Below, piece after piece: positions 50,628-63,556 of a stretch of 64,000 nucleotides of DNA. Where the stretch lies: the NCBI GenBank assembly GCA_905614365.1, contig CAJQSO010000019.1, positions 22,259 through 86,258 of the forward strand, given 5' to 3'. The position numbers and the translations under genes were made by a program. The notes beneath the pieces are model-generated. The model saw only the letters and a program-made list of their open reading frames with translations. It was not told where the DNA came from and did not search any database. The DNA comes from an uncultured Candidatus Thioglobus sp. GTDB taxonomy: Bacteria; Pseudomonadota; Gammaproteobacteria; PS1; Pseudothioglobaceae. How positions within the stretch are numbered: the first letter of the stretch is position 1; the number at the start of each line of letters is the position of its first letter.

Positions 50628-52697
50628 TTACTTAAGACTTGGCATTTCACGCATAAACATTGCTTTTTGTATTTCTTGTTCAGGCTCCTCAAAATTTTGC
50701 GCGGCAAGATGGCCTAAAAAGACTGCATCTGCTATTAAGCCCGGAGACTCAGCATCCCCTATTAACTGAATATGTTTTGTTTCTCTCTTTTCAGCGCTAT
50801 TTTCTTGCTCAATAAGCTGATCATAGAGGGTGGTATTTGGAATACGCTCTGTAACCATTACTATTGCTGCGCACTTTAAAAAGGTTATTTCTCCAGTAAA
50901 TATACATTGAAGGCTAAGATTGCTTCCTTCAGCCTTATCTATGGTCTTATTGCAAATTACTTTAACGCCACTAACAAGAAGCGCCTTCTGAATCCTTTTT
51001 TGCTCTAAGGTTGACTCTGTCCATGGAGATACAACACTGGCTGGGGTAATAAAAATTATTTCCTGATGATCAGAACTCAAATGATCCGCAATAACACCTG
51101 CTAAATATCCCTGCTCATCATCATAAACAACAATAGGCCCGCTTAGGTCTTTACTCTGTGTTATTGCCTCTTCTGGGGTTAGCACCTTTAGTGACTCCAG
51201 CCCTAGAATTGGTTTTCTTCTGCTTCTGCCAACACCATCTTTGCGCCAACTTGATCCAGTAGCTAGAAATATATTATTAATTCCAAGTTCATTTATATGC
51301 TCGAGGGTCAGTTCACTTTCTTTGTAAATTTCAATATTATTTTTTTGTTGTATCTCATAAAGCCTATTGTCAGATACTCGCTTCCAGGCAGAAAGCCCTT
51401 TAAGGCTAGATTCAAAAAGCACTCTGCCTCCTAATTTATTATCTGCCTCAGCTAAAGTGACATGATAGCCACGTCTTGCAAGCTGCATACTACACTCTAA
51501 TCCAGAAGGCCCAGATCCAATAACAAGCGCTTTTTGGTCTGTCTTTTTAGGCTTAATTGATTCTGGATCCCAGCCCCTTCTCCACTCTTCTCCCATAGTA
51601 GGGTTTTGAGTACAGCGTATTGGTACTGCGAAATTATCACTCGACACACAAATGTTACAGCCAATACATTCTTTTATTTGATCAGTATTTCCAGCTTTAA
51701 TTTTGTTAGGAAGATAAGGATCTGCAATTGAAGGCCTTGCTGCACCAATAAGATCTAAGGCTCCACGCTCAATAAGACTAACCATTAGGTCTGGGGATGT
51801 TAGTCGCCCAACACCAACTACTGGCTTTGTTGTTATACTTTTGACAAATTCAACATATGGAATTTGATAACCTTCGTTTGGCTCAAAACGAGAAGTCTGA
51901 GAGTCGTTAGCCCAATCAGAAACATTAACATCCCAAAGGTCAGGAATCTCCGCCAGCATTTCAACTACAGCTCTGCCTTCTTCAAAGAATTGCATTCCAT
52001 CTGAACCCTTAAGCTCATCAACAGCAAACCTAAAAGCTACTGCACAAGTATCTCCAACAGCGTCTTTAGTTTCTTCAAGCAGTTCACGTGTTAGGCGCAC
52101 GCGGTTTTCAATACTGCCACCATACTCATCAGTCCGGTCGTTAATTTCTGGAAGCAAAAACTCCTGAGTAAGGGTCATACCATGGCCTGCATATACATAA
52201 ATAATATCAAAGCCCGCAGCTTTTGCGTTTAATGCAGCATTTCGGTGCCACCTCCTAAACTCGGCAATATCTTTTTTATTCATGCGCCTAGTTTGTTTAG
52301 GATAAATAAGGTCTATTGATTGGCTTACAGGAGAGATAACTGGAAGTCTTGAATATAAGTTAGCAGCATGGTTTCCATTGTGGGCTAGCTCTATGGCTGC
52401 AAGAGCGCCATGCTCATGAACAGCCTCTGTCATAAGGCTTAGCGCTGGAATATCCCTTTTGTCCCAGATTCTTTGTTCAACATATGGTGCCAAATCCGAG
52501 CTAGGGTGTATTTCAGACTCCTCAGTACTGACCACTCCCCATCCACCTTTTGCCTTTAGGGCTCTCATTGCTGCGTGTGCTTGTGGTCTTTGATGACCCA
52601 TACCACAACAATGAGGAACTTGATAAAAACGATTTTTTGTAACGACAGGGCCAATTTTTACAGGCTCAAAAAGTCTACTATAAGGGTTATTTTTCAT
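50628..52697 (-). CDS. Histamine/trimethylamine dehydrogenase-family Fe-S flavoprotein
   Basis: NRFYQVPHC (FMN-linking Cys), RTDEYGGS, ARPSIADP, 4Fe-4S motif ECIGCNIC...CTQNP, GEEWRRGW, GSGPSG. Confidence 0.88.
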   Translation of the reverse strand: MKNNPYSRLFEPVKIGPVVTKNRFYQVPHCCGMGHQRPQAHAAMRALKAKGGWGVVSTEESEIHPSSDLAPYVEQRIWDKRDIPALSLMTEAVHEHGALAAIELAHNGNHAANLYSRLPVISPVSQSIDLIYPKQTRRMNKKDIAEFRRWHRNAALNAKAAGFDIIYVYAGHGMTLTQEFLLPEINDRTDEYGGSIENRVRLTRELLEETKDAVGDTCAVAFRFAVDELKGSDGMQFFEEGRAVVEMLAEIPDLWDVNVSDWANDSQTSRFEPNEGYQIPYVEFVKSITTKPVVGVGRLTSPDLMVSLIERGALDLIGAARPSIADPYLPNKIKAGNTDQIKECIGCNICVSSDNFAVPIRCTQNPTMGEEWRRGWDPESIKPKKTDQKALVIGSGPSGLECSMQLARRGYHVTLAEADNKLGGRVLFESSLKGLSAWKRVSDNRLYEIQQKNNIEIYKESELTLEHINELGINNIFLATGSSWRKDGVGRSRRKPILGLESLKVLTPEEAITQSKDLSGPIVVYDDEQGYLAGVIADHLSSDHQEIIFITPASVVSPWTESTLEQKRIQKALLVSGVKVICNKTIDKAEGSNLSLQCIFTGEITFLKCAAIVMVTERIPNTTLYDQLIEQENSAEKRETKHIQLIGDAESPGLIADAVFLGHLAAQNFEEPEQEIQKAMFMREMPSLK

Positions 52698-52888
52698 TGA
52701 TTAGTTATCCGGTTTTAACAATCGTATTTTCTATGATTAATTAACTAAATTATATAGATATGGCGCTAATAAAAAACAACAAATATGCAGGTCTAAATAT
52801 CAATCTACTCTAACAAAGGCTTTAATCATCTTTAGGCTTATTACAGGTATCATTAGTATATTGTTTTCCTATTTTAACCTTCATTCTT

Positions 52889-54202
52889 ATGTCTCAAACT
52901 TGGGTCCAGTGTCTAGAATCGCTAAAAAATACACTGCCGTTAGGTGAGTTCAGTGTATGGGTTAAGCCTTTAAAAGCAGCTGAAAGAAATGAAACTCTTT
53001 ACCTCTACGCGCCCAGTGCATCTGCACTTAAATACATAAATAATCATAAAAACCTTGAAGCGGCAATTATTCTCGCAGTCTCAGAGTTTGATCGCAAACT
53101 GAAGGTTAGGTTTGGTGTTGTTGATTCAAGTAAAAAAATTGCTGGCCAAACCAAGCATCACACAACTCCGTTATTCCCAGAATACACTTTTGATAGTCTA
53201 GTTTTAGGAAGCGCTAACCAAGTTGCTGCTCTTGCAAGCAGACAAATTGCAGAGAAGATTGGCGCCTCCCCATACAATCCTTTTATTATTTATGGTGAGT
53301 CTGGCCTTGGAAAAACTCACTTAATGCAAGCTGCAGGACACCTGGCATTAGAAAAAAATCCAAACACAAAAATAATTTACGTTCCATTAATGGATTTTGT
53401 AAGAAATATTACAACCAGCCTTAGGCACAATACAATAGAAAATGTTAAACTTTTTTACCAATCTGCTGATTTGTTATTGGTTGATGATATTCACTTAATA
53501 GCTGGTAAGGATAAATCACAAGAAGAATTTTTTCATATTTTTAATTTTTTGTTTAGTACAAAAAAACAAATCATCTTTACATGTGACCAGCCGCCTAAAA
53601 ACATTAAAGATCTCGAAAACAGACTTAAAACTCGTTTTTCACAAGGTTTAAATTTACAGCTTTCACCTCCAGAACTAGAAATGAGAGCCGCTATCTTGTT
53701 AAAGAAGTCCCAAAACCCCCAGATATCACTAAACCTTAGTGAGGATATTGCTCTTTTTATAGCAAGCCATGTTGTTTCAAATGTTCGAGACCTAGAGGGG
53801 GCACTTCTAAAGCTGAAGGCTTTTGTAGATTTTTCTCAGATAGATCATTCTTTCATAACTAAAGACGTTGTTGAGGGTGCATTGGGTGACCTAATTAAAC
53901 CAAAAAAACTTATTATTGAAGTAAATGAAGTTCAAAAGACAGTTAGTAAGTACTATGGAATAACGGTTTCTGATTTAATTTCAAATTCGCGAAAACAGCA
54001 TTTGGTCAAAGCCAGACAAATGGCAATTTACTTATGCCATGAATTAACTTCTTTGTCGCTAGCAAAAATTGGTCAAAATTTTGGAAATAGGGATCACTCA
54101 ACAGTGTTGTATTCCTGCGAAAAACTAAAAGGGCTTATGAATACAAACGAAGAGATTAAAAACGATATTGAAAACTTAACAATTAAAATTACTAACTTAT
54201 AA
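52889..54202 (+). CDS. dnaA: Chromosomal replication initiator DnaA
   Basis: YNPFIIYGESGLGKTHL, LLVDD, QEEFFH, NVRDLEG, RDHSTV. Confidence 0.98.
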   Translation: MSQTWVQCLESLKNTLPLGEFSVWVKPLKAAERNETLYLYAPSASALKYINNHKNLEAAIILAVSEFDRKLKVRFGVVDSSKKIAGQTKHHTTPLFPEYTFDSLVLGSANQVAALASRQIAEKIGASPYNPFIIYGESGLGKTHLMQAAGHLALEKNPNTKIIYVPLMDFVRNITTSLRHNTIENVKLFYQSADLLLVDDIHLIAGKDKSQEEFFHIFNFLFSTKKQIIFTCDQPPKNIKDLENRLKTRFSQGLNLQLSPPELEMRAAILLKKSQNPQISLNLSEDIALFIASHVVSNVRDLEGALLKLKAFVDFSQIDHSFITKDVVEGALGDLIKPKKLIIEVNEVQKTVSKYYGITVSDLISNSRKQHLVKARQMAIYLCHELTSLSLAKIGQNFGNRDHSTVLYSCEKLKGLMNTNEEIKNDIENLTIKITNL

Positions 54203-54408
54203 ACAAAAAATTATAAGTTGTGTTGTTGATAAGAATCAAAACATCTTATAATTAGAACAATGACTAACAATAGTGTAAAAATAAAACTGTAGATATCAAC
54301 AAGATATGCACCACTTATACTATTGATTTTATTAAGAAAAAATTAGAAATTAACAGAAAATAAGTGCACTAATAATAATAATAATTAATTTATAAAGACA
54401 GACAACCT
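54197..54408. other. Candidate oriC in the dnaA-dnaN intergenic region
   Basis: Degenerate DnaA boxes TTATAAACA (54197), TTATCAACA (minus strand, 54224-54232), ATATCAACA (54293) and ATATGCACC (54304); GTGCAC followed by CTA(ATA)4 trio-like run (54369-54383); very AT-rich. Confidence 0.6.
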
Positions 54409-55512
54409 ATGAACACAGAATTAAGCGTTGAAGAATTAATTGAACCATTACAAACTGTAATTGGAGTTGTTGAAAAGAAACAAACTCTACCAATACTCTC
54501 ACATGTGTTAATTCAGTTAAAAGATAAGACTCTAACTCTTACGACGACAGATATGGAACTAGAAATAAGCGCTTCCAGTGAAATAAAAAGTGAAACAGAA
54601 ATAACCTTTACAATCTATGCAAAAGATCTAATAGATATTGTAAGAAAACTCCCAGAAAAAACTAAGATTAAATTTAAGATTGAAGAAAATAAAGTTTATT
54701 TAAATGCAAATAAAAATACATTTGAATTAAATACATTCAATCATTTAGATTTTCCCGCGCTTCCTAAAACTCAAAACACAACTGTAATAAAAATCAAACA
54801 AGAGGCACTGAAAGAACTAATAGAAAACACAAGTTTTTCTATGGGAAATCAAGATATAAGGGCTTATTTAAATGGGTTGTTTTTTGAATTAAATAAAGAC
54901 TCTTTAACTGTTGTAGCAACTGATGGCCACAGACTCTCAATTGGTGAGGTGAAACAAGGTAATAATTTGGAAGAAAGAAAAACAGTAATTCTGCCAAGAA
55001 AAGCAGTATTAGAACTTACCAAGCTTTTGAGCAAAAGCACTCAAGATATGGCAGAAATCCATCTTTCAGATAACTACTTCTCGCTAATAGACACAAATAC
55101 TAAAATTATCAGCCGGCTAATTGATGGGAACTTTCCGAATTATAAACAAGTGATGCCGACTGACTTTAGCAACACCATTGTTATAGATCGAGCAGATTTT
55201 TTATCTAGCCTTCAACAAGCATCTATTTTTGTTGACGAGAGAACCAAGGGTGTAAAGCTCGTTTTTAGAGATGATAAGCTTAGTATTTTTTCACATTCAG
55301 AAAGGGGAAGAGCTGAAACACAAATAGAAGTAACAAAGCAAGAAAAAGAACTTGAAATCGCCTTTAATATTCACTATTTAATTTCTGTATTAGAAAAACT
55401 GACCTCTAAAGAAATCAACATGGTTATACCTGGCGGCGAAAATAAATCTTGCCTACTAAGTGCTATGGGTGATGAAAGCTATCAATATATAATCATGCCA
55501 ATGAGAATCTAG
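54409..55512 (+). CDS. dnaN: DNA polymerase III beta clamp
   Basis: KQTLPILS, VATDGHRL, LIDGNFPNY, IMPMRI. Confidence 0.98.
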   Translation: MNTELSVEELIEPLQTVIGVVEKKQTLPILSHVLIQLKDKTLTLTTTDMELEISASSEIKSETEITFTIYAKDLIDIVRKLPEKTKIKFKIEENKVYLNANKNTFELNTFNHLDFPALPKTQNTTVIKIKQEALKELIENTSFSMGNQDIRAYLNGLFFELNKDSLTVVATDGHRLSIGEVKQGNNLEERKTVILPRKAVLELTKLLSKSTQDMAEIHLSDNYFSLIDTNTKIISRLIDGNFPNYKQVMPTDFSNTIVIDRADFLSSLQQASIFVDERTKGVKLVFRDDKLSIFSHSERGRAETQIEVTKQEKELEIAFNIHYLISVLEKLTSKEINMVIPGGENKSCLLSAMGDESYQYIIMPMRI

Positions 55513-55525
55513 AACAAGTTACTAA

Positions 55526-56611
55526 ATGGCAATAATTGAGAAACTACATGTCGCAAGATTTAGAAACTTAAACAACCAGTATCTAGAACCGAACAAAAAT
55601 ATAAACCTAGTTCTAGGGTCTAATGGCCAAGGAAAAACCAACTTTATTGAGTCGCTGTATTATTTAGGACACAATCGATCATTTAAGTCAAAAAACATAA
55701 AAGACGTTATTCCTTTTGATGAAGAACTTGTACAAATAAATGCAATAATCGATGGTGAGAAAACCACTTTAAATAAATCAAGAAGTAAAAGCACTATTGT
55801 AATTGGTGATAAGAAAATTACTAGTAACAGCCTCTTAAGTCAACACCTACCAACACAAATTATTTCTCCTGATAGAGGGTTTATAGTCGGCGGAACTCCA
55901 AAACTGAAAAGATCTTATCTTGACTGGGGTGTTTTTCACAACAATAAAGAGATATTAAAAACATACAAATCATATAACAAAACCTTAAAAAATATAAATG
56001 CAATTCTAAACGGTAATAACCAAAATCAACTTGATGAATGGCTTTCAAAATTTTCCTTATTATCTGTCGAAATCTCTAATGCTAGAATAAACTATATACA
56101 AAAACTGACAAAAATGCTTGAAGAAAGCTCATTGAAAAAACTTGAAAGTTTTGTTGAATCAACTCAAAGCTTGGAATTTGTCTTACAGACAGGCTGGACA
56201 AAAGATGTTGATGGTCTTAACAATAACGAAATTAATCAGTATCTCCAAAACAACAAAAACTCTTTTATAAGAACAAAACACTTGGGATATGGCCCCCATA
56301 GGGCTTCAGTTGATTTCTTCTTAGACAAAAAAAACGAGGGATTTCTTTCAAGAGGTGAGCAAAAAAAACTATCAATTGTATTTTGGATGCTTCAAGTACT
56401 CGTTTTAGCCAAAGAAAACTCGGCCCCAGTTGTTCTAATTGATGATATTTCTTCAGAGCTTGATCAAAATAAAATTAATTCAATACTTGATTTTTTAACA
56501 AACCTGAATATTCAAATATTCATAACTGATATTGGTAATAAAGAGCTGCCTTTGGACCCCAGAAAAACAAATATTTACCGCATTGAAAAGGGTGTTATTG
56601 TCAGTGCATAA
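55526..56611 (+). CDS. recF: DNA replication/repair protein RecF
   Basis: FRNL, GSNGQGKTN, GPHR, SRGEQK, IDDISSELD. Confidence 0.95.
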   Translation: MAIIEKLHVARFRNLNNQYLEPNKNINLVLGSNGQGKTNFIESLYYLGHNRSFKSKNIKDVIPFDEELVQINAIIDGEKTTLNKSRSKSTIVIGDKKITSNSLLSQHLPTQIISPDRGFIVGGTPKLKRSYLDWGVFHNNKEILKTYKSYNKTLKNINAILNGNNQNQLDEWLSKFSLLSVEISNARINYIQKLTKMLEESSLKKLESFVESTQSLEFVLQTGWTKDVDGLNNNEINQYLQNNKNSFIRTKHLGYGPHRASVDFFLDKKNEGFLSRGEQKKLSIVFWMLQVLVLAKENSAPVVLIDDISSELDQNKINSILDFLTNLNIQIFITDIGNKELPLDPRKTNIYRIEKGVIVSA

Positions 56612-56677
56612 GTAAAAAATTTCTTATAACAGTAACATGAAAAATGTTATATGATTTATCGATAAAGTTACTACCCG

Positions 56678-56686
56678 TGGTATAAT
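56678..56686 (+). promoter_or_regulatory. Extended -10 promoter of gyrB
   Basis: TGGTATAAT ending 24 nt upstream of the gyrB ATG; palindrome TTTATCGATAAA at 56655-56666. Confidence 0.6.
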
Positions 56687-56701
56687 AAATTCATTTTTTA
56701 A

Positions 56702-59098
<2,397 letters not shown>

Positions 59099-59128
59099 TT
59101 AACAAAACTCCCCCGTGATTTAAATTCA

Positions 59129-59157
59129 AGCTGTTATGAATTTATTTATTAACAGCT
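59129..59157. other. Inverted repeat between gyrB and prk (terminator or operator)
   Basis: AGCTGTTA-N13-TAACAGCT. Confidence 0.4.
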
Positions 59158-59208
59158 CGACTAACTTTGTAAGATAATAAATATAGTTTTCTTATAATTG
59201 GTGGGGCT

Positions 59209-60069
59209 ATGTCAAAAAAACATCCTGTAATTGCCATAACTGGCTCATCTGGCGCTGGAACATCGACTGTCAAAAATGCCTTTAATCATATTTTTTCAAG
59301 AGTGGGTGCTAAGCCAGTAATTATTGAAGGAGACAGTTTTCATAAGTTTGATCGTAAGCAAATGAAGAGTGTCATGAAGGTCGAAGACAAGAAAGGAAAT
59401 AAATATTTTAGTCATTTTGGTCCAGAGGCAAACCACTTTGATTTGATTGAGAGTACATTTAGAGATTATGGTGAAAAAGGCCATTGTAATCGTCGTTTCT
59501 ATATTCATTCTGATGAAGAAGGTGCCCCCTTTGAAAAAAAAGCTGGAGAGTTTACTAATTGGGAAGATGTCGGTAGAGACAGCGACCTACTTTTTTATGA
59601 AGGCCTTCATGGCGGCGTTAAAGATGGAAATATAGATGTCGCAAAATTTGTTGATTTATTAATAGGGGTAGTTCCTGTAGTAAATTTAGAATGGATTCAA
59701 AAAATTCATAGAGATAAGGAGCAAAGAGGGTACTCGGCTGAGGCGACAGTAGATACAATTCATAGAAGAATGTGGGACTACATTACTTACCTCACACCTC
59801 AGTTTTCCAGAACACATATTAATTTCCAGCGCGTTCCCACGGTAGATACTTCAAACCCTTTTATTGCAAGAGACATACCCACTCAGGACGAAAGTTTTGT
59901 AGTTGTTAGATTCCAAGATCATAAGTACTGCGATTTTGTTTATTTACAGGATATGGTTGCAGGCTCTTTTATGTCACGGCCAAATACTTTAGTTGTTCCA
60001 GGAGGCAAAATGGGATTTGTAATGGAGCTAATATTAAGAGAACAAATCGAAAAGATGTTAAACCGTTAA
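59209..60069 (+). CDS. prkB: Phosphoribulokinase (proteobacterial CbbP/PrkB type)
   Basis: MSKKHPVIAITGSSGAGT, YEGLHG, NLEWIQKIHRD, INFQRVPTVDTSNPF, RDIPTQDES. Confidence 0.95.
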   Translation: MSKKHPVIAITGSSGAGTSTVKNAFNHIFSRVGAKPVIIEGDSFHKFDRKQMKSVMKVEDKKGNKYFSHFGPEANHFDLIESTFRDYGEKGHCNRRFYIHSDEEGAPFEKKAGEFTNWEDVGRDSDLLFYEGLHGGVKDGNIDVAKFVDLLIGVVPVVNLEWIQKIHRDKEQRGYSAEATVDTIHRRMWDYITYLTPQFSRTHINFQRVPTVDTSNPFIARDIPTQDESFVVVRFQDHKYCDFVYLQDMVAGSFMSRPNTLVVPGGKMGFVMELILREQIEKMLNR

Positions 60070-60092
60070 AACTACTCCCAACATATATAATT

Positions 60093-62552
60093 TTATCTAA
60101 CAACTACATTTATAAGCTTGTTTGGGACAACAATAACTTTAATTATTTCTTTGCCTTCTATATGCTTGCTAACGCCTTCGTCAGCCAAAGCTAATTCCTG
60201 AACTTCTCGATTGTCAGAGTTTAATGGAATCATCATTTTCGCTCTTAATTTTCCATTAACTTGGGCAATGATTTGTATAGTGTCTTGAATAAGTGCAGAT
60301 TCGTCAACAACTGGCCAATTAGTATCTACTACAGCCTTTTTCCCACCCAGTAAAAGCCAAAGGTGGTGGCATAGATGAGGAATTACTGGGCTAAGGCACT
60401 TGACCATGATTTCAATCGACTCTTTCCTAACAGCGATGCCTTTTTCAGACATGTCTGTAAATTTAGACAAAGTATTGTTAAGCTCCATCATAGTCGCTAT
60501 AGCAGTATTGAATGAATGTCTTCTGCCTAAATCATCACCAACTTTTTTGAGCGCTAAATGAGTTTTTTTCCTAACTTCTGTTTGCTCATCAGTTAGGTCT
60601 TCAAGATTAGACTTAGCGGTTTTATTGCCTTTATTGGAAGCTATAAACCCAGTAACAAGACGATAAAATTTGTTTACAAACCTATAAGCACCCTCAATCC
60701 CGGTGTCCGACCACTCAAGATCTTGAGTTGGGGGAGCTGCAAATAGTATAAAAAGCCTTGCTGTATCAGCACCATACTTAGCAATCATTTCTTGGGGGTC
60801 AACTGTATTCCCTTTTGATTTGCTCATTTTAGCGCCATCTTTCAAAACCATCCCTTGTGTAAGAAGGTTTGTAAAAGGCTCATTCGCTTCAATTACCCCC
60901 TCGTCACGTAATAGTTTTGTGAAAAAACGCGAGTATAAAAGGTGTAAGATCGCATGCTCAATTCCACCTATATATTGATCTACAGGAAGCCAATAGTTGG
61001 CCCGCTCATCTAAAATAGCATTACTTTGATCAACACATGTGTACCTTGCAAAGTACCAAGAAGACTCAAAAAAAGTATCAAAAGTATCTGTTTCTCTATT
61101 GGCCTTTGCTCCACACTTAGGACACAATACACTATAAAAATCAGGCATCTTTTTTAATGGAGAGCCAACGCCATCAAGTTCAACATTTTCAGGAAGTCTC
61201 ACAGGAAGGTTTTCGAGGCTTTCAGCAACATCCCCACAAGAAGGACAGTTAATTATTGGTATTGGGCAGCCCCAGTAGCGCTGTCTTGAAACGCCCCAAT
61301 CTCTAAGACGATAATTAGTCTTTAGTTCTCCCATTTTTAAGGTTGAAAGCTTCTCACTAATTGCAGTAAACGCCTGGTCAAAGTCTAAACCGTTGAACTC
61401 GCCAGAGTTTATTAGGACTCCTTTTTCAGCGTAAGCTGTTTCACTCGTATCTACATTGCCATTCTGGTCAGAAATTACATTAACGATGGATATACTATAT
61501 TTTTTTGCAAACTCATAGTCCCTTTGGTCATGAGCTGGAACGCTCATTACTGCTCCTGTTCCATAACCCATAAGAACAAAATTTGCTATCCAAATTGGAG
61601 TAGATTCACCTGTGATTGGGTGAACACAAGTCAGTCCAGAGTCAACGCCTTTTTTCTCCATTGTTTCAATGGCTGCTTCAGCTGTTTCCATTTTTTTACA
61701 CTCTTCAAGAAACATCTGAATCTCACTACTACCTTTTCCAGCCTTAATAGCAAGAGGGTGTTCTGCAGCAATTGCAAGGTAAGTAACGCCTAATAAAGTA
61801 TCAGGTCTTGTGGTATAAACAGTTAGTGCTTCAGAATCAGTAAGCTTAAATTTAATATCAAGTCCAACAGATTTACCAATCCAGTTCGTTTGCATCATTT
61901 TTACAGCATCTGGCCAGCCGTCGAGTTTTTGAATGTCCGCAAGAAGCTCTTCTGCATAATCAGTTATTTTCATATACCACTGAGAAATCTCTTTCTTTTC
62001 AACGGGCGCGCCAGATCGCCAACCACAACCATCAATTACTTGCTCATTGGCTAAAACTGTTTGGTCTACAGGATCCCAGTTTACGACTGCTTTTTTCTTA
62101 TATACAAGGCCTTTTTCAAACAATCTCACAAAAAACCATTGTTCCCAGCGGTAGTACTCTGGATGACAAGTTGCTAACTCCCTTGACCAGTCATAACCAA
62201 ACCCAAGCTCTATAAGCTGTTCTTTCATGTGCTTAATGTTTTCATAAGTCCACCCTGCAGGAGGAACCTGGTTTTTTATAGCAGCATTTTCAGCAGGCAG
62301 TCCAAATGCGTCCCAGCCAATAGGCTGCATAACATTCTTTCCTAGCATTTTTTGGTATCTTGAAATTACATCACCAATACTATAGTTTCTAACATGACCC
62401 ATATGCAGTCTTCCAGAAGGATAAGGCAGCATTGAGAGGCAGAAGTACTTTTCTTTACTTGTATCCTCAACCACAACAAATGAATTATTAGTATCCCAAT
62501 ACTGTTGCGCTTCTCTTTCAATTACAGTTGCGTTATATTCGTTTTGCATCAT
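60093..62552 (-). CDS. leuS: Leucyl-tRNA synthetase
   Basis: [34 protein letters not shown]. Confidence 0.99.
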   Translation of the reverse strand: MMQNEYNATVIEREAQQYWDTNNSFVVVEDTSKEKYFCLSMLPYPSGRLHMGHVRNYSIGDVISRYQKMLGKNVMQPIGWDAFGLPAENAAIKNQVPPAGWTYENIKHMKEQLIELGFGYDWSRELATCHPEYYRWEQWFFVRLFEKGLVYKKKAVVNWDPVDQTVLANEQVIDGCGWRSGAPVEKKEISQWYMKITDYAEELLADIQKLDGWPDAVKMMQTNWIGKSVGLDIKFKLTDSEALTVYTTRPDTLLGVTYLAIAAEHPLAIKAGKGSSEIQMFLEECKKMETAEAAIETMEKKGVDSGLTCVHPITGESTPIWIANFVLMGYGTGAVMSVPAHDQRDYEFAKKYSISIVNVISDQNGNVDTSETAYAEKGVLINSGEFNGLDFDQAFTAISEKLSTLKMGELKTNYRLRDWGVSRQRYWGCPIPIINCPSCGDVAESLENLPVRLPENVELDGVGSPLKKMPDFYSVLCPKCGAKANRETDTFDTFFESSWYFARYTCVDQSNAILDERANYWLPVDQYIGGIEHAILHLLYSRFFTKLLRDEGVIEANEPFTNLLTQGMVLKDGAKMSKSKGNTVDPQEMIAKYGADTARLFILFAAPPTQDLEWSDTGIEGAYRFVNKFYRLVTGFIASNKGNKTAKSNLEDLTDEQTEVRKKTHLALKKVGDDLGRRHSFNTAIATMMELNNTLSKFTDMSEKGIAVRKESIEIMVKCLSPVIPHLCHHLWLLLGGKKAVVDTNWPVVDESALIQDTIQIIAQVNGKLRAKMMIPLNSDNREVQELALADEGVSKHIEGKEIIKVIVVPNKLINVVVR

Positions 62553-62567
62553 TAATTTTATAAGTTT

Positions 62568-63506
62568 TTAATTTAAAGTAAGAGAGCCAACTAAAGACTG
62601 GACATCTTTTAAGTTGTGCTCTAATAGATATTTACTAATCCCTTCATTTATTTCTTGGCAAACAAGGGGGTCATAAAACAGCGCAGTTCCAATACCAACT
62701 GTGTCTGCTCCAGCAATAATGAACTCAATCGCGTCCTTAGCCGACACAATTCCGCCCTGACCAATTATAGGAATATTATATTTTTTACTGACCTGGTAAA
62801 CCTGATGAACCTTTAAAAGCGCAATCGGTTTTATCGCAGGGCCAGAGAGCCCGCCCTGATTATTTCCTATTACTGGTTTTTGCTTTTCAATATCAATTGC
62901 CATGCCCATGACTGTGTTTATAACCGCGAGACCGTCACTTCCAGCCTCAATACACCTCTTTGCATTAGATGCAATGTCTGTTTGATTTGGCGATAGTTTT
63001 GTAATAATTGGTTTAGACGTGTTTTTTCTACAAATCTCGACAACTCTAAAAGACATCTCTGGATCATTTCCAAAAGCAACACCACCCTCTTTTACATTTG
63101 GACATGAGATGTTTATTTCAATAGCATCAATATCAGAATCATCAAAATGCTTTGCAATCTCACCGAATTCCTCAACAGTTGAGCCAGAAATATTAATAAT
63201 GAACCTAGTTTCCGTTTTATCTAGCTCTGGCATGATATCATTTATGACTGCATTAGTGCCTGGGTTTTGAAGGCCAATAGCATTGAGCATTCCGTTAGGA
63301 GTCTCAGCAATTCTATGAAGCCTATTTCCAAGGCGTGGCTCTAGAGTAGTTCCTTTTAAGCAAACCGCACCAACATCAGAATTAGAGAAGCCTTTGATTC
63401 GAGTGTACTCTTCACCAAACCCAACACACCCTGAAAGCAAAATGATTGGTGAGTTTAATGACATCCCACAAAAGCTTGTTTTAAGATTATTTTGCATTGT
63501 CGCCAT
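62568..63506 (-). CDS. pyrD: Dihydroorotate dehydrogenase, family 1 (cytosolic, 1B-like) catalytic subunit
   Basis: MLNAIGLQNPG, catalytic Cys in EINISCPNV, KLSPN, INT, GGLSGPAIKP. Confidence 0.93.
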   Translation of the reverse strand: MATMQNNLKTSFCGMSLNSPIILLSGCVGFGEEYTRIKGFSNSDVGAVCLKGTTLEPRLGNRLHRIAETPNGMLNAIGLQNPGTNAVINDIMPELDKTETRFIINISGSTVEEFGEIAKHFDDSDIDAIEINISCPNVKEGGVAFGNDPEMSFRVVEICRKNTSKPIITKLSPNQTDIASNAKRCIEAGSDGLAVINTVMGMAIDIEKQKPVIGNNQGGLSGPAIKPIALLKVHQVYQVSKKYNIPIIGQGGIVSAKDAIEFIIAGADTVGIGTALFYDPLVCQEINEGISKYLLEHNLKDVQSLVGSLTLN

Positions 63507-63556
63507 TATACTTTTATGGCGACTTAGGGGTTGATAACTTCGTCTAAAATGTCGCT

